The position numbers and the translations under genes are program-made. A DNA stretch of 48,710 nt. Source: Candidatus Aminicenantes bacterium (lineage in GTDB: Bacteria; Acidobacteriota; Aminicenantia; Aminicenantales; Aminicenantaceae). Position 1 is the first letter of the stretch. Every line of letters starts with the position of its first letter. The notes beneath the pieces were generated by a model, which saw only the letters and a program-made list of their open reading frames with translations, was not told the origin of the DNA and ran no database searches. Shown piece after piece: positions 22,972-32,271 of this stretch. Where the stretch lies: positions 1 to 48,710 of the forward strand of contig JACUUK010000003.1 of the NCBI GenBank assembly GCA_014859315.1. Direction: 5' to 3'.

Positions 22972-24841
22972 GGCCTTTAGATGTTTCACGTGAAACATTT
23001 GATGGATATCTGCGCGTTTTTTTTACAAGCTTCAGATAAATGTGTATATTCATGATTGCTGCGGGGGTGATGCCCGGAATTTTCTTGGCCTCTCCGATGG
23101 TTTTAGGAGCCGTCTTCTCTAATTTTTCTCTCGCTTCTCTTGTCAAGCCTGGTATTTTTTTAAAGTCCATGTAATCTGGGATTTTTTCTCGATCCATTTT
23201 TATGATTTGAGTGATTTCTTTTGACTGCCTCTTGAGGTATCCTTCATATTTAACTTCAGATTCAATATGTCGCATCTCTTCATCGGTTAAATCTATATCT
23301 AATTTTTTATATTCTACCACATTTTTGAATGTTACTTCAGGTTTTTTTAAAAGTTCTTTTAAAGATATTTTATTTCGGTTTTCTGTCACAATTTTTTCTT
23401 TATCAAGAAATGTGAGAGTTTTCTTTATCTTTTCCTGTTTTTTCAGAAAAGCTTTATAGTCTTTTTCCTGAATAAGCCCAAACTTGTAGCCGTATTTCAT
23501 GAGTCTTTTATCAGCATTATCTATACGGAGGTGAAGCCTGTATTCCGCTCGGGCAGTGAATAGGCGGTAAGGTTCTTCAATGCCCTTTGCAATAAGGTCG
23601 TCAATCAAAACACCAATATAAGCTTCATCCCTGCGAAGATAAAAAAGTTCTTTGCATTTTATTTTTAATGCAGCATTGATTCCTGCCATTAATCCTTGAG
23701 CAGCGGCTTCTTCGTAGCCTGAAGTTCCATTAATCTGGCCAGCGAGATAGAGGTTTGGGACAGCTTTTGTTTCCAGGGTTGGCAAAAGCTGAGTAGGGAT
23801 TACAGCATCATATTCTATTCCATAGGCAGGCCTCAAAATTTTTGCCTCTTCAAGGCCTGGAATGCTTTTCAGGATTTTTTTTTGGACATCATATGGCAGA
23901 CTGGAAGACAGCCCATTCACGTAGATTTCGGATGTTTCCAAACCTTCGGGTTCAAGAAAAAACTGGTGTCGTGAATGATGTGGAAACTTAACAACTTTGT
24001 CTTCAATGGAGGGGCAGTAACGGGGACCAATGCCTGTTATTTTTCCGCTATAAAGAGGAGACTGATCTAAATTTTTCATGATAACTTCATGGGTTCTGTC
24101 ATTTGTGTAACCAATATAACAGACGATTTTATTTTTTAAGGGCTTTTTTGTCCGGAATGAAAATGGCACTGGTTTTTCATCTCCTGGCTGAGGCATAAAT
24201 TGACTCCAATCGATACTGTCTTTGTGAATTCTCATGGGAGTCCCTGTTTTAAGACGGAAGGTATTAAACCCCAATTCTTTTAAATTTTCGCTCAATTCTA
24301 TGGATGCTGGTTCATTAGCACGGCCCGCAGAGTAGCTGTGAAGTCCGATGTGGATAGTGCCGTTTAAAAATGTCCCAGGCGTCAGGATTACTGCCTTTGC
24401 GAATAAACGATTCCCTTCAAGGGTTTTTACTCCGCAAGCTTTCTTGTTTTTCATAAGTATTTGTGTGGCAATCCCTTGAAAAAGAGTTAAGCGAGGCAAC
24501 TGCTCTAGCCAGGATTTCATTTTTAACCTGTATAGAGCTTTGTCAGATTGTGCTCTTGGCGCCTGAACCGCTCCGCCCCTGCTTCGGTTAAGAAGCCGAA
24601 ATTGGATTCCTGTTTCGTCTGCCAGAAGGCCCATTATGCCACCTAAGGCATCAATTTCCCGCACGAGGTGACCTTTGGCGAGCCCTCCAATTGCGGGATT
24701 GCATGACATTTGAGCGATCGTTTCAAGATGAATTGTAATTAGGCAGGTGTTAAGTCCCATCATACTTGCTGCGTATGCAGCTTCACAGCCTGCATGGCCA
24801 GCACCAACGACTATAATATCGTATTCATCTCCAGAAATCAT
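22964..24841 (-). CDS. mnmG: tRNA uridine-5-carboxymethylaminomethyl modification enzyme MnmG (GidA)
   Basis: [51 protein letters not shown]. Confidence 0.98.
   Translation of the reverse strand: MISGDEYDIIVVGAGHAGCEAAYAASMMGLNTCLITIHLETIAQMSCNPAIGGLAKGHLVREIDALGGIMGLLADETGIQFRLLNRSRGGAVQAPRAQSDKALYRLKMKSWLEQLPRLTLFQGIATQILMKNKKACGVKTLEGNRLFAKAVILTPGTFLNGTIHIGLHSYSAGRANEPASIELSENLKELGFNTFRLKTGTPMRIHKDSIDWSQFMPQPGDEKPVPFSFRTKKPLKNKIVCYIGYTNDRTHEVIMKNLDQSPLYSGKITGIGPRYCPSIEDKVVKFPHHSRHQFFLEPEGLETSEIYVNGLSSSLPYDVQKKILKSIPGLEEAKILRPAYGIEYDAVIPTQLLPTLETKAVPNLYLAGQINGTSGYEEAAAQGLMAGINAALKIKCKELFYLRRDEAYIGVLIDDLIAKGIEEPYRLFTARAEYRLHLRIDNADKRLMKYGYKFGLIQEKDYKAFLKKQEKIKKTLTFLDKEKIVTENRNKISLKELLKKPEVTFKNVVEYKKLDIDLTDEEMRHIESEVKYEGYLKRQSKEITQIIKMDREKIPDYMDFKKIPGLTREAREKLEKTAPKTIGEAKKIPGITPAAIMNIHIYLKLVKKTRRYPSNVSRETSKGHE
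22982..22997. promoter_or_regulatory. parS: parS centromere site
   Basis: Perfect consensus palindrome TGTTTCACGTGAAACA, extending to 18 bp (22981-22998). Confidence 0.95.
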
Positions 24842-24849
24842 CGTTTTTC

Positions 24850-26217
24850 CTATTTTCCCACGCAGAATCGGCTGAAAATCTCATTCAATATGTCCTCAGT
24901 CCGGATTTCACCCGTGAGCTGGCCTATAAGAGGAATTGTTTTGCGGAACTCCTCTGCGGCAATTTCTTCTGGGTGACCATCTTTATATAAACGAAGTCCC
25001 TCCTCCAGGCAAGAAAGAATTTCGTCAAGGAGAAGCTTTTGCCTTAAGTGAAGAATGATTTCTTCACCAAATTCTTTTTTAGGGACAAAAATAGAATGAA
25101 TCATCTCTGTGAGTTTATTAAGATTTGTGCCTTTAAGTGCCGATATTTCTAAAAAGGGAAGATTTTTATCCATATTTGTAAGCTTTGAGACGTCTATTTT
25201 TTTTCGGAGGTCAATTTTGTTGAAGAGGAGAAGTTTTCTTTTATTAGGGAAAGAGTGGACCAACTGGAGATCTTCAGTGCTTTCTTTTTTTGACGCATCA
25301 AACAGAATAAGAAGGCCATCGGCAGATACAGCCTGCTGTTTTCCTCTTTTTATGCCTTCTTTATCTACTGGATGGGTGGCATTCTCGAAACCCGCTGTGT
25401 CAATTAAAGTGAAGAGAGAATCTTTTATTTTAATCCTTTCATGAAGATAATCTCTGGTTGTGCCTGGGTAAGAGGTAACAATCGCACGCTCTTTTCCACA
25501 AAGAGAGTTAAACAGAGTTGATTTTCCTGTATTTGCCCTGCCCAAGATAGCTAAAGTTATTCCTTCAGATAATGTTTTTCCAAGATTGTAACTTTCAATG
25601 AGAGATTTTAATGTGCGAGTAATATTAGTGATCGTCTTTGTGATTTTTTGAGGGGATATTTTCAAGTCTTCCTCAGGGAATTCAATGTTGGCTTCTATTT
25701 GGCACAAGAGATTTATCATTTGGTTCCGGAGAGAGTTGATAGTCTGAGACAGCTTCCCTTCCAATTGCTTATATGAGATTTTTGCCTGCTTAAACGAAGC
25801 TGCCTGAATAATATCATTAATAGCTTCAGCTTGAAGTATATCGATACGGCCATTCAGATAGGCCCTGAGAGTGAATTCTCCTGGCCTGGCATGCCTGGCT
25901 CCAGCTTTAATGCCCAGTCGTATGATTTCCTCAAGGATAAGAGGGCTTCCATGGCATGAAATCTCCACGACGTCTTCACGCGTGTATGTGCGGGGAGCAG
26001 GGAAAAATGTCAAATATGCCTCTTCAAAGAAATCTTTATCTTCGAAATGATACAAATTTCCTAAGATAGGGCGGCTCGGAAGGATTTTCGCCTTGTGTTT
26101 TTTTGGTTTAAATATTTTTTTTGAGATAGAAAGAGATTTTTTCCCGCTAAGGCGGACTACACCCAATCCCCCATAACCAAGAGGGGTGGAAACAGCAATA
26201 ATAGTGTCTTCAAACAT
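24850..26217 (-). CDS. mnmE: tRNA modification GTPase MnmE (TrmE)
   Basis: [43 protein letters not shown]-terminal FCVGK. Confidence 0.97.
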   Translation of the reverse strand: MFEDTIIAVSTPLGYGGLGVVRLSGKKSLSISKKIFKPKKHKAKILPSRPILGNLYHFEDKDFFEEAYLTFFPAPRTYTREDVVEISCHGSPLILEEIIRLGIKAGARHARPGEFTLRAYLNGRIDILQAEAINDIIQAASFKQAKISYKQLEGKLSQTINSLRNQMINLLCQIEANIEFPEEDLKISPQKITKTITNITRTLKSLIESYNLGKTLSEGITLAILGRANTGKSTLFNSLCGKERAIVTSYPGTTRDYLHERIKIKDSLFTLIDTAGFENATHPVDKEGIKRGKQQAVSADGLLILFDASKKESTEDLQLVHSFPNKRKLLLFNKIDLRKKIDVSKLTNMDKNLPFLEISALKGTNLNKLTEMIHSIFVPKKEFGEEIILHLRQKLLLDEILSCLEEGLRLYKDGHPEEIAAEEFRKTIPLIGQLTGEIRTEDILNEIFSRFCVGK

Positions 26218-26236
26218 TGTTTATTTAAATTAATAA

Positions 26237-26271
26237 TAAGACGTAAGTCGTAAAACGTAAAGCATAAATAG
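26237..26271. repeat. Degenerate heptanucleotide tandem array
   Basis: TAAGACG TAAGTCG TAAAACG TAAAGCA TAAATAG, between jag and mnmE. Confidence 0.6.
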
Positions 26272-26375
26272 AGAAATACTGCTTCTACTGTTGCTATTAC
26301 GTTTAAGAATTGTGTGTAAGAAGCGTAATATGAATACAATGAATTCAGGCATAAAGCAATAGAAAATGTGGGTTG

Positions 26376-27008
26376 CTACTCTACTTCGGCTTTCTCTGGA
26401 TGAATCTTGACTCTTTTTAAAAACCCTTCGCCAATACTTGTTGTAGTGATTCCAGGAATTTGGTTCACAGCAATATGAATAATTCGCCTTTCATAAGGGT
26501 TAAAATAATCAAGAATCTCATTCTTTCCGGACTCCAGGACTTCACGAGCTATCTGCTGGGCTTGTTCTATAAGCTGCCGTTCTTTCCGCTTTTTGAAAAA
26601 ATCGCAATCGGTTTGGACTTTTTGCGGAGAAACTTTATTAAGGAGGTGCTGAATAGCAAGCAACAGGGCACCATCCTTGTGAAGAAGAAGGGACTTGTCT
26701 TTTCCTTCGAAAATGATATAAAGCATGTCATTTTTTTTTGTTATATAATAATCAATCTCAAATGGGGAAAGGGAAAGAAGTTTCTCCAGGAACTGGACAG
26801 CAGGATATTCATCTGAAGGCATTTTTGGCCAGGTGCGTATTACAATCTCTTTGGTTCTGATTCCAAAAAGTTTGGTTTTTTCAGCGACAATCTCGTAATT
26901 AAACTGGGTGCGGGGCATTTTTAGGATATGCTCTGCATGGCTGATAACATCTTCAAGGTTTCTTCCTTTGAATTCTTGAGTTCGACTATTTTTTTCGTCT
27001 TTTTGCAT
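26376..27008 (-). CDS. jag: Jag/EloR (KhpB) RNA-binding protein
   Basis: Jag_N-like start, R3H motif NPYERRIIH...SIGEG, canonical position between yidC and mnmE. Confidence 0.88.
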   Translation of the reverse strand: MQKDEKNSRTQEFKGRNLEDVISHAEHILKMPRTQFNYEIVAEKTKLFGIRTKEIVIRTWPKMPSDEYPAVQFLEKLLSLSPFEIDYYITKKNDMLYIIFEGKDKSLLLHKDGALLLAIQHLLNKVSPQKVQTDCDFFKKRKERQLIEQAQQIAREVLESGKNEILDYFNPYERRIIHIAVNQIPGITTTSIGEGFLKRVKIHPEKAEVE

Positions 27009-28620
27009 GTGCCTCTCTCTTTTTTTTATGCGCCAGATGATTCATGATGTATTGTTGTCCGACTTGAAGTACATTATTTGTTAACCAATAGAGGATAAGA
27101 CCGCTTTGAAAATTCATAAAGAAAATAGTCATCACAACGGGCATTATGAGCATCATTTTTTGTTGAGCAGGATCAGCAGATGTAGGGGTCATTTTTTGGC
27201 TAATAAACTGGGTGATGCCCATGAGAACAGGGGTGATGTAGAATGGGTCTTTTACAGAAAGGTCTTTGATCCAGAATAAAAAAGGACTGTGTCTGAACTC
27301 AATAGAAATGGCGAGCATGCGGAAAAATCCCCAAAATATAGGGATTTGAATTAGCAAAGGCAAACAACCGCCGGCGGGATTAATACCCTGTCCTTTATAA
27401 AGCGCCATAATTTCTTCGTTCATCTTACGCCGTTGGGCAATATCCTTTTTGGCTTTTTTGTATTTGGCTCTAATCGCTTTAATCTTTGGCTGAAGTTCTT
27501 GCATTTTAGCCATAGAGCGGGTGCTGCTGTAGGTAAGGGGGAAAAAGATAATTTTTATTATGAAAGTCAGGATGATGATACTAAATCCCCAGTTAGGGGT
27601 GATTTTATGTATTGATTTGATGGATCTAAGAAGGATTTCTGCAATCCATCCAAAAAACCCAAAGCGTATAAGCTTCTTTGCGTCAGATCCAAATTGAGTC
27701 AAACCATCTAAGTCCTTAGGCCCTATATAGACTTTTTGAGGAAAATTGACGGAAAGGAAAAAACAGGGGGTTTGATTGATTTCCTCTCTTATGAAAACTG
27801 CGCTTGATTTTTCTGGAGAAGTAAGAAAAAGCGCTGTAAAGTAGTTGTCTTCATAGGCGGCCCACTTAACAAAATTAAAAGCACTTTGTTCTGGCTTGAA
27901 TTTATTCTCACTTTGCCGAAATACCTTCTTTCCCGCTAAAACTGAGATGCCTTGACCTCCGCCGAATCTCTGTTTTTGCTCTGTTTGAGATAGGTTGCCT
28001 AAGCTTGGGCCCCAAAGGAGGTAGGGCTCGATTTTCTGACCATTTTTCCAGACGTTGATTTGAATATCAAAATTGTAGGTTTCGCCATTGAAAACGAATA
28101 TCTTCTCAATTTTTGTGCCATTTTTACTGGCGAACTGAAACCGCAACTCTCCAGTTTGTCCTTCCTTAAGCTCTAATCGGTAGGCTGAGACCTGATAGAG
28201 AGAAGTATTGGCTAACTTATCAAAGTAGGGATCATCTGTGGCTATTGAGAAAGGGTATTTATTTAGTTCTGTAGAAGCAAAGGAAACAATTTCCAAATCT
28301 TCCCCATTATCGCCCTTATGTTGTTTTAGTTTCCAGCTTTTAAGGACAGCTCCTTCATTGCTCCATATTGCTTTATAGAGAGGAGTTTCGATAAAAACAT
28401 CTTCTTTCAACTGGGTAGAGATAGATTGAAAATCATCTTCTTTTAAATGTGATTCCAACGATGGTTCTTGTGTGGGTTCTTGTTTCTGAAATTCTCTCTC
28501 TAACGCAGATACTATCTCCTCGGAAGATTCTGGCAAAGGTTCATGTTTAACAAATAAAACCTGATAGAGAAATAACACTAAAAAAGATAAAAAAATAGCT
28601 AATAATAATCTTTTTTCCAT
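26986..28620 (-). CDS. yidC: Membrane protein insertase YidC
   Basis: N-terminal TM plus periplasmic domain, NWGFSIIILT, GGCLPLLIQIP, WIKDLS, GLILYW. Confidence 0.96.
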   Translation of the reverse strand: MEKRLLLAIFLSFLVLFLYQVLFVKHEPLPESSEEIVSALEREFQKQEPTQEPSLESHLKEDDFQSISTQLKEDVFIETPLYKAIWSNEGAVLKSWKLKQHKGDNGEDLEIVSFASTELNKYPFSIATDDPYFDKLANTSLYQVSAYRLELKEGQTGELRFQFASKNGTKIEKIFVFNGETYNFDIQINVWKNGQKIEPYLLWGPSLGNLSQTEQKQRFGGGQGISVLAGKKVFRQSENKFKPEQSAFNFVKWAAYEDNYFTALFLTSPEKSSAVFIREEINQTPCFFLSVNFPQKVYIGPKDLDGLTQFGSDAKKLIRFGFFGWIAEILLRSIKSIHKITPNWGFSIIILTFIIKIIFFPLTYSSTRSMAKMQELQPKIKAIRAKYKKAKKDIAQRRKMNEEIMALYKGQGINPAGGCLPLLIQIPIFWGFFRMLAISIEFRHSPFLFWIKDLSVKDPFYITPVLMGITQFISQKMTPTSADPAQQKMMLIMPVVMTIFFMNFQSGLILYWLTNNVLQVGQQYIMNHLAHKKKREAHAKRRKK

Positions 28621-28630
28621 TTAAAGATCC

Positions 28631-28840
28631 TTAAGGAACAGAATCGACTCCTCCAGAATGAAACGGGTGGCATTTAAGGAGCCTTTTTGTCCCTAATAAA
28701 ATTCCTTTTAGAAATCCGTATTTTTTTACGGCTTCGTATGTATATTCTGAGCATGGCGGATAGAAGCGACAGTGATTTCCAAGAAGAGGGGATACAATAG
28801 TCTTATAGCACCGGATAAAAAATAGAGTGATGTTTTTCAT
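28631..28840 (-). CDS. yidD: Membrane protein insertion efficiency factor YidD
   Basis: CRFYPPCSEY, RLLKCHPFHSGG; synteny. Confidence 0.95.
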   Translation of the reverse strand: MKNITLFFIRCYKTIVSPLLGNHCRFYPPCSEYTYEAVKKYGFLKGILLGTKRLLKCHPFHSGGVDSVP

Positions 28841-28845
28841 GAGAA

Positions 28846-29193
28846 TTAACAGCTTTGTCTAAGGGATTTTAAAGCCTTTAGAAATTCTTCTTGAAGTTCG
28901 GGCCATGCCGCCTCTTGTATTTCTTTTTTTGGGATAATAATGAGATCTAACGATTCGTCCATCAGCGTTTTGTTCATTCGAAATAACGTTCTAATCCATC
29001 TTTTGATTTTATTTCTTTTCACAGCATTTCCAATTTTTTTACTAACAACGACAGCCATTCTTGAAAAATTTAAATCATTGGAAATATGGACGATGGTAAA
29101 ATATTTACCCCTATATCGCGTCCCTTTTTTATAAATTACTAAAAATTCCTTTTTTTTTCTTATCCTCTCTCGAGGACAAAGGGAATCAGACAT
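28846..29193 (-). CDS. rnpA: Ribonuclease P protein component
   Basis: RNR-type motif VSKKIGNAVKRNKIKR; synteny. Confidence 0.95.
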   Translation of the reverse strand: MSDSLCPRERIRKKKEFLVIYKKGTRYRGKYFTIVHISNDLNFSRMAVVVSKKIGNAVKRNKIKRWIRTLFRMNKTLMDESLDLIIIPKKEIQEAAWPELQEEFLKALKSLRQSC

Positions 29194-29327
29194 TAAACAG
29201 CGAGTTTTTTTCTGCCTTTTTGTCTTCTGTTTTTAATGATCTGTTGACCGCCCTTGGTTCTCATTCGGACCAAGAAACCGTGGTTTTTATTTCTTTTTCT
29301 TTTATTGGGTTGATATGTTCTTTTCAT
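29193..29327 (-). CDS. rpmH: 50S ribosomal protein L34 (not in the ORF track)
   Basis: Manual translation [44 protein letters not shown]; TAATG overlap with rnpA. Confidence 0.97.
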   Translation of the reverse strand: MKRTYQPNKRKRNKNHGFLVRMRTKGGQQIIKNRRQKGRKKLAV

Positions 29328-29361
29328 TTTTTTCTGTCTTCAATTTAACGTTTGATAGACT

Positions 29362-29390
29362 ATGTTAATAAACATAAGCATATCTGTCAA
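29362..29390 (-). promoter_or_regulatory. Sigma70 promoter of the rpmH operon
   Basis: Minus strand TTGACA-N17-TAACAT. Confidence 0.7.
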
Positions 29391-29424
29391 GCACAGACAT
29401 ATGTTTTTCTTTGATTGTAATATA

Positions 29425-29459
29425 AGTAAGGAGTAAGGAGTAAGGTGTGAGGAGCGAAG
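29425..29459. repeat. Heptanucleotide tandem array
   Basis: AGTAAGG x3 followed by TGTGAGG, AGCGAAG. Confidence 0.7.
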
Positions 29460-29591
29460 AGGAAGCAGGATTAATGCCTCCCAGGCAAAGAAGTTAATCT
29501 CAATGTACCTTTTGCTATCTATCTCAACGATAGTATTTTCAACTATAATTATTAAAAATTAAGGAGACAATGTGTCACTAAGGTATTATGG

Positions 29592-29621
29592 TTGACTCTT
29601 GTAAGTAATGTAGAGTATAAT
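29592..29621 (+). promoter_or_regulatory. Sigma70 promoter of carD
   Basis: TTGACT-N18-TATAAT, ending 10 nt before the ATG. Confidence 0.6.
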
Positions 29622-29631
29622 ATAAACAAAA

Positions 29632-30150
29632 ATGGAAAGATTTAAGATTGGAGATAAGATCATTTATCCCAATCAAGGCTTTGGAATCATCGAAGACATT
29701 CAGATTGAAAATTACTATGGCCAGGAATTCAAAGTCTATCACATAAGAATCATTGCGAATGATACATTAGTTCTCATCCCCTCTTCAAGCTTACAGGAAA
29801 TTGGCATACGCAAACCTATTTCTGAGAATTCAATAAATGATGTATTTGAGTTGATGAAGAATGGAGAAGTTGATGTAACTATGAACTGGAAGGGAAGGTA
29901 TAAAGAACATGTGGATCTCATGAAAACAGGCCAGATTCAAGATCTCGCAATTGTTTTGAAAAGCCTATATTATCTTAATAAAATAAAACCCTTATCATTC
30001 CGTGAGAAAAACATGATGGAAAAGGCAAAGGAACTTTTTGTGACAGAACTCTCTGAGGTTTCATCTCTTTCTTCTGAGGAAATAGAAAAAAAACTCTTTG
30101 ATCATTTATCTTGCTGTTTTAAAGAGGGAACTTCCAATATCGATTCCTGA
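29632..30150 (+). CDS. carD: CarD family transcription factor
   Basis: FKIGDKIIYPNQGFGII, conserved Trp in NWKGRY, LSFREKNM. Confidence 0.92.
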   Translation: MERFKIGDKIIYPNQGFGIIEDIQIENYYGQEFKVYHIRIIANDTLVLIPSSSLQEIGIRKPISENSINDVFELMKNGEVDVTMNWKGRYKEHVDLMKTGQIQDLAIVLKSLYYLNKIKPLSFREKNMMEKAKELFVTELSEVSSLSSEEIEKKLFDHLSCCFKEGTSNIDS

Positions 30151-30161
30151 TTTTCGAAAAA

Positions 30162-31421
30162 ATGCTACTTCCTGCTATCCTCCTTTTTTTCTTATTCCTT
30201 TTGCTGAGTGCTTTTTTTTCATCCTCAGAAACAGCTTTTATAGCTTCTAACCCTTACAAATTAGAGTCCTTAGATAAAAAAGGCTCCCGGGCAGCACGCC
30301 TAATAAGAAAGATGATGGGTGATGTGAATAATCTTTTAGCCACAATTCTCGTAGGGAATACATTAGTTAATACAGCTGCAGCTTCTGTGGCCACTTTCAT
30401 ATTTGTTTCTTTTATCCCAGATAAAAACAAAGCTGTGCTACTGGCTACTGTAATGACAACTTCCTTGATTCTTATCTTTTCTGAGATTACACCAAAAACC
30501 TATGCAACCCAGAACCCAATAAAACTTGCATTGATTTTTGCCAGGCCAGTAAGGTTTTTTATCGTTATTTTTTATCCCCTAGTCCAATTGTTTACTTCAT
30601 TTTCGCGCCTGTTTTTTCAATCTTCTTCAAAGAAGATGAAGGACTTACCACAGAGGCTGGATCAAGAAGAAATAAAAATTCTGCTCAGTGCTGGAATAAA
30701 AGGGATGTCGGCTCTTCGAGCGCGAATGATATCTGGAGTCCTGGAGATCGGGTCTCGGTCGATTAGAGAGATTATGATTCCACGCCCAAAAGTTAAAGCT
30801 ATTGAAGCTGGAGCGACTTTGCAGGAAATCTTGGATTTAATTCGAAACGAAGGATTCTCACGCTTTCCTGTTTATAGAGGCCGGTTGGATAATATTGAAG
30901 GCACGATTCATGCAAAAGATATAATTTCTTATCTTGTTGATAATAAAGAAATTGACATTACTTCTGTGATGCGCAAGCCGCTTTTTATTCCGGAGTCTGC
31001 CTCTTTAGAAAAAGCTCTAAGGCAGATGCAGGAGACCAAAACTCACCTTGCCTTTGTTGTGGATGAGTTTGGAAATGTTGAAGGGATTGTCACTATAGAG
31101 GATATCATTGAAGAAATCGTAGGAGAAATAACAGATGAATATGATGCTGTTGCTGAAGAATTAATCATTCAAAAGGAAAAAAACAAATATCTGGTTAAAG
31201 GGAATGCATCTATTAAGGAAGTGAACCAGAGAATTCCTTTAAGCATACCTGCAAAGGGTGAATATACTACAATTGCAGGATTTTTACTTGCACAACTGGG
31301 TAGAATTCCTAACGAGGGAGATGTTTTGACATATAGAAATTATCGTTTTATAGTTGAAAAAATGAACAAGCGACAGATAAGCTTGTTGCGAATAGAGAAA
31401 CAAACCCAGGATAAAAAGTAA
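30162..31421 (+). CDS. CNNM/DUF21-CBS-CorC membrane protein (hemolysin/CorB family)
   Basis: SAFFSSSETA, SEITPK, FSRFPVY, VVDEFG, TIEDIIEEIVGEI, TIAGF. Confidence 0.93.
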   Translation: MLLPAILLFFLFLLLSAFFSSSETAFIASNPYKLESLDKKGSRAARLIRKMMGDVNNLLATILVGNTLVNTAAASVATFIFVSFIPDKNKAVLLATVMTTSLILIFSEITPKTYATQNPIKLALIFARPVRFFIVIFYPLVQLFTSFSRLFFQSSSKKMKDLPQRLDQEEIKILLSAGIKGMSALRARMISGVLEIGSRSIREIMIPRPKVKAIEAGATLQEILDLIRNEGFSRFPVYRGRLDNIEGTIHAKDIISYLVDNKEIDITSVMRKPLFIPESASLEKALRQMQETKTHLAFVVDEFGNVEGIVTIEDIIEEIVGEITDEYDAVAEELIIQKEKNKYLVKGNASIKEVNQRIPLSIPAKGEYTTIAGFLLAQLGRIPNEGDVLTYRNYRFIVEKMNKRQISLLRIEKQTQDKK

Positions 31422-31425
31422 GCGC

Positions 31426-31875
31426 ATGAAAATAATCGCGAAAAATAAGAAGGCTTTTTTCAATTATGATATTTTAGAAACATATGAAGCTGGAATCTCC
31501 TTGATGGGAAGCGAAGTGAAATCTATCCGGGAAGGACGTGTAAGCTTGAAGGAAAGTTATGCGGAAATTAAGCATGGGGAAGCCTTTATTATCAATTGTC
31601 ATATTAGCCCTTATGAAGCGGCAAATAGATTCAACCATGACCCGTTGCGGGTGAAAAAGCTTTTGCTTCATCGCCGAGAGATTAAACGACTCATTGGGAA
31701 AATCAAGGAAAAAGGATTAACACTTATACCAACAAAAGTCCTCATAAATGATAAAGGCAAAGTTAAAATTGAGGTTTCTTTAGCAAAAGGGAAAAGAGCT
31801 TACCAGAAAAAAGAAGCAATTCGTGAAAGAGACATCAAAAGAGAAATGCAGGCAGAGCTTAAAAAATGGCGGTAA
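31426..31875 (+). CDS. smpB: SsrA-binding protein
   Basis: NKKAFFNY, EAGISLMGSEVKSIR, KLLLH, LAKGK. Confidence 0.97.
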   Translation: MKIIAKNKKAFFNYDILETYEAGISLMGSEVKSIREGRVSLKESYAEIKHGEAFIINCHISPYEAANRFNHDPLRVKKLLLHRREIKRLIGKIKEKGLTLIPTKVLINDKGKVKIEVSLAKGKRAYQKKEAIRERDIKREMQAELKKWR

Positions 31876-32271
31876 ATTCTTAATTGTATATGTTGGCCCT
31901 GGGAATCGGGCTTTAATCTCCAGGCTTTCTGTTCCATTTTGAACAAGAATATTCAAGAAGCTAGCATAAGCAGGTGAACGACAGAGTCCTGTTACTGCGA
32001 TTGTGGATTATTACAGATGTATATTTATGAAGAAATCTATTTTGTGCTAATCTTAAGCGCTTTCTCAGGGCATGCCCAGGAACAAAAGAGCTTCGCGGAC
32101 CGAGCAAAGTCAGAAGAAATATAACTGAAAGAGTCACAATAAAAAAAATACGGAAACTGAATTTAAACTCAGAATTTATATTTTTTGTAAAAAGGGACAA
32201 CACTTGATTGGTTTCTTTGCTCTCAGGTTATGAAGGCGACGAAGTTTTATAACATGTTATAAGGTAAGACC

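Noticed and set aside
22972-22998. ParA N-terminal extension MFHVKHLKA
   Set aside because: It is the translation of the parS palindrome; the homologous start is MNRII
31895-31933. Intrinsic terminator after smpB
   Set aside because: The stem is imperfect and the U-tract is short
32239-32268. dif-like site around TTATAACATGTTATAA
   Set aside because: The central spacer is 4 bp rather than 6, the XerD arm is a poor match, and a dif site near parS is unlikely
31876-32271. tmRNA next to smpB
   Set aside because: No tRNA-like GGGG 5' end or TTCGA...CCACCA 3' end on either strand
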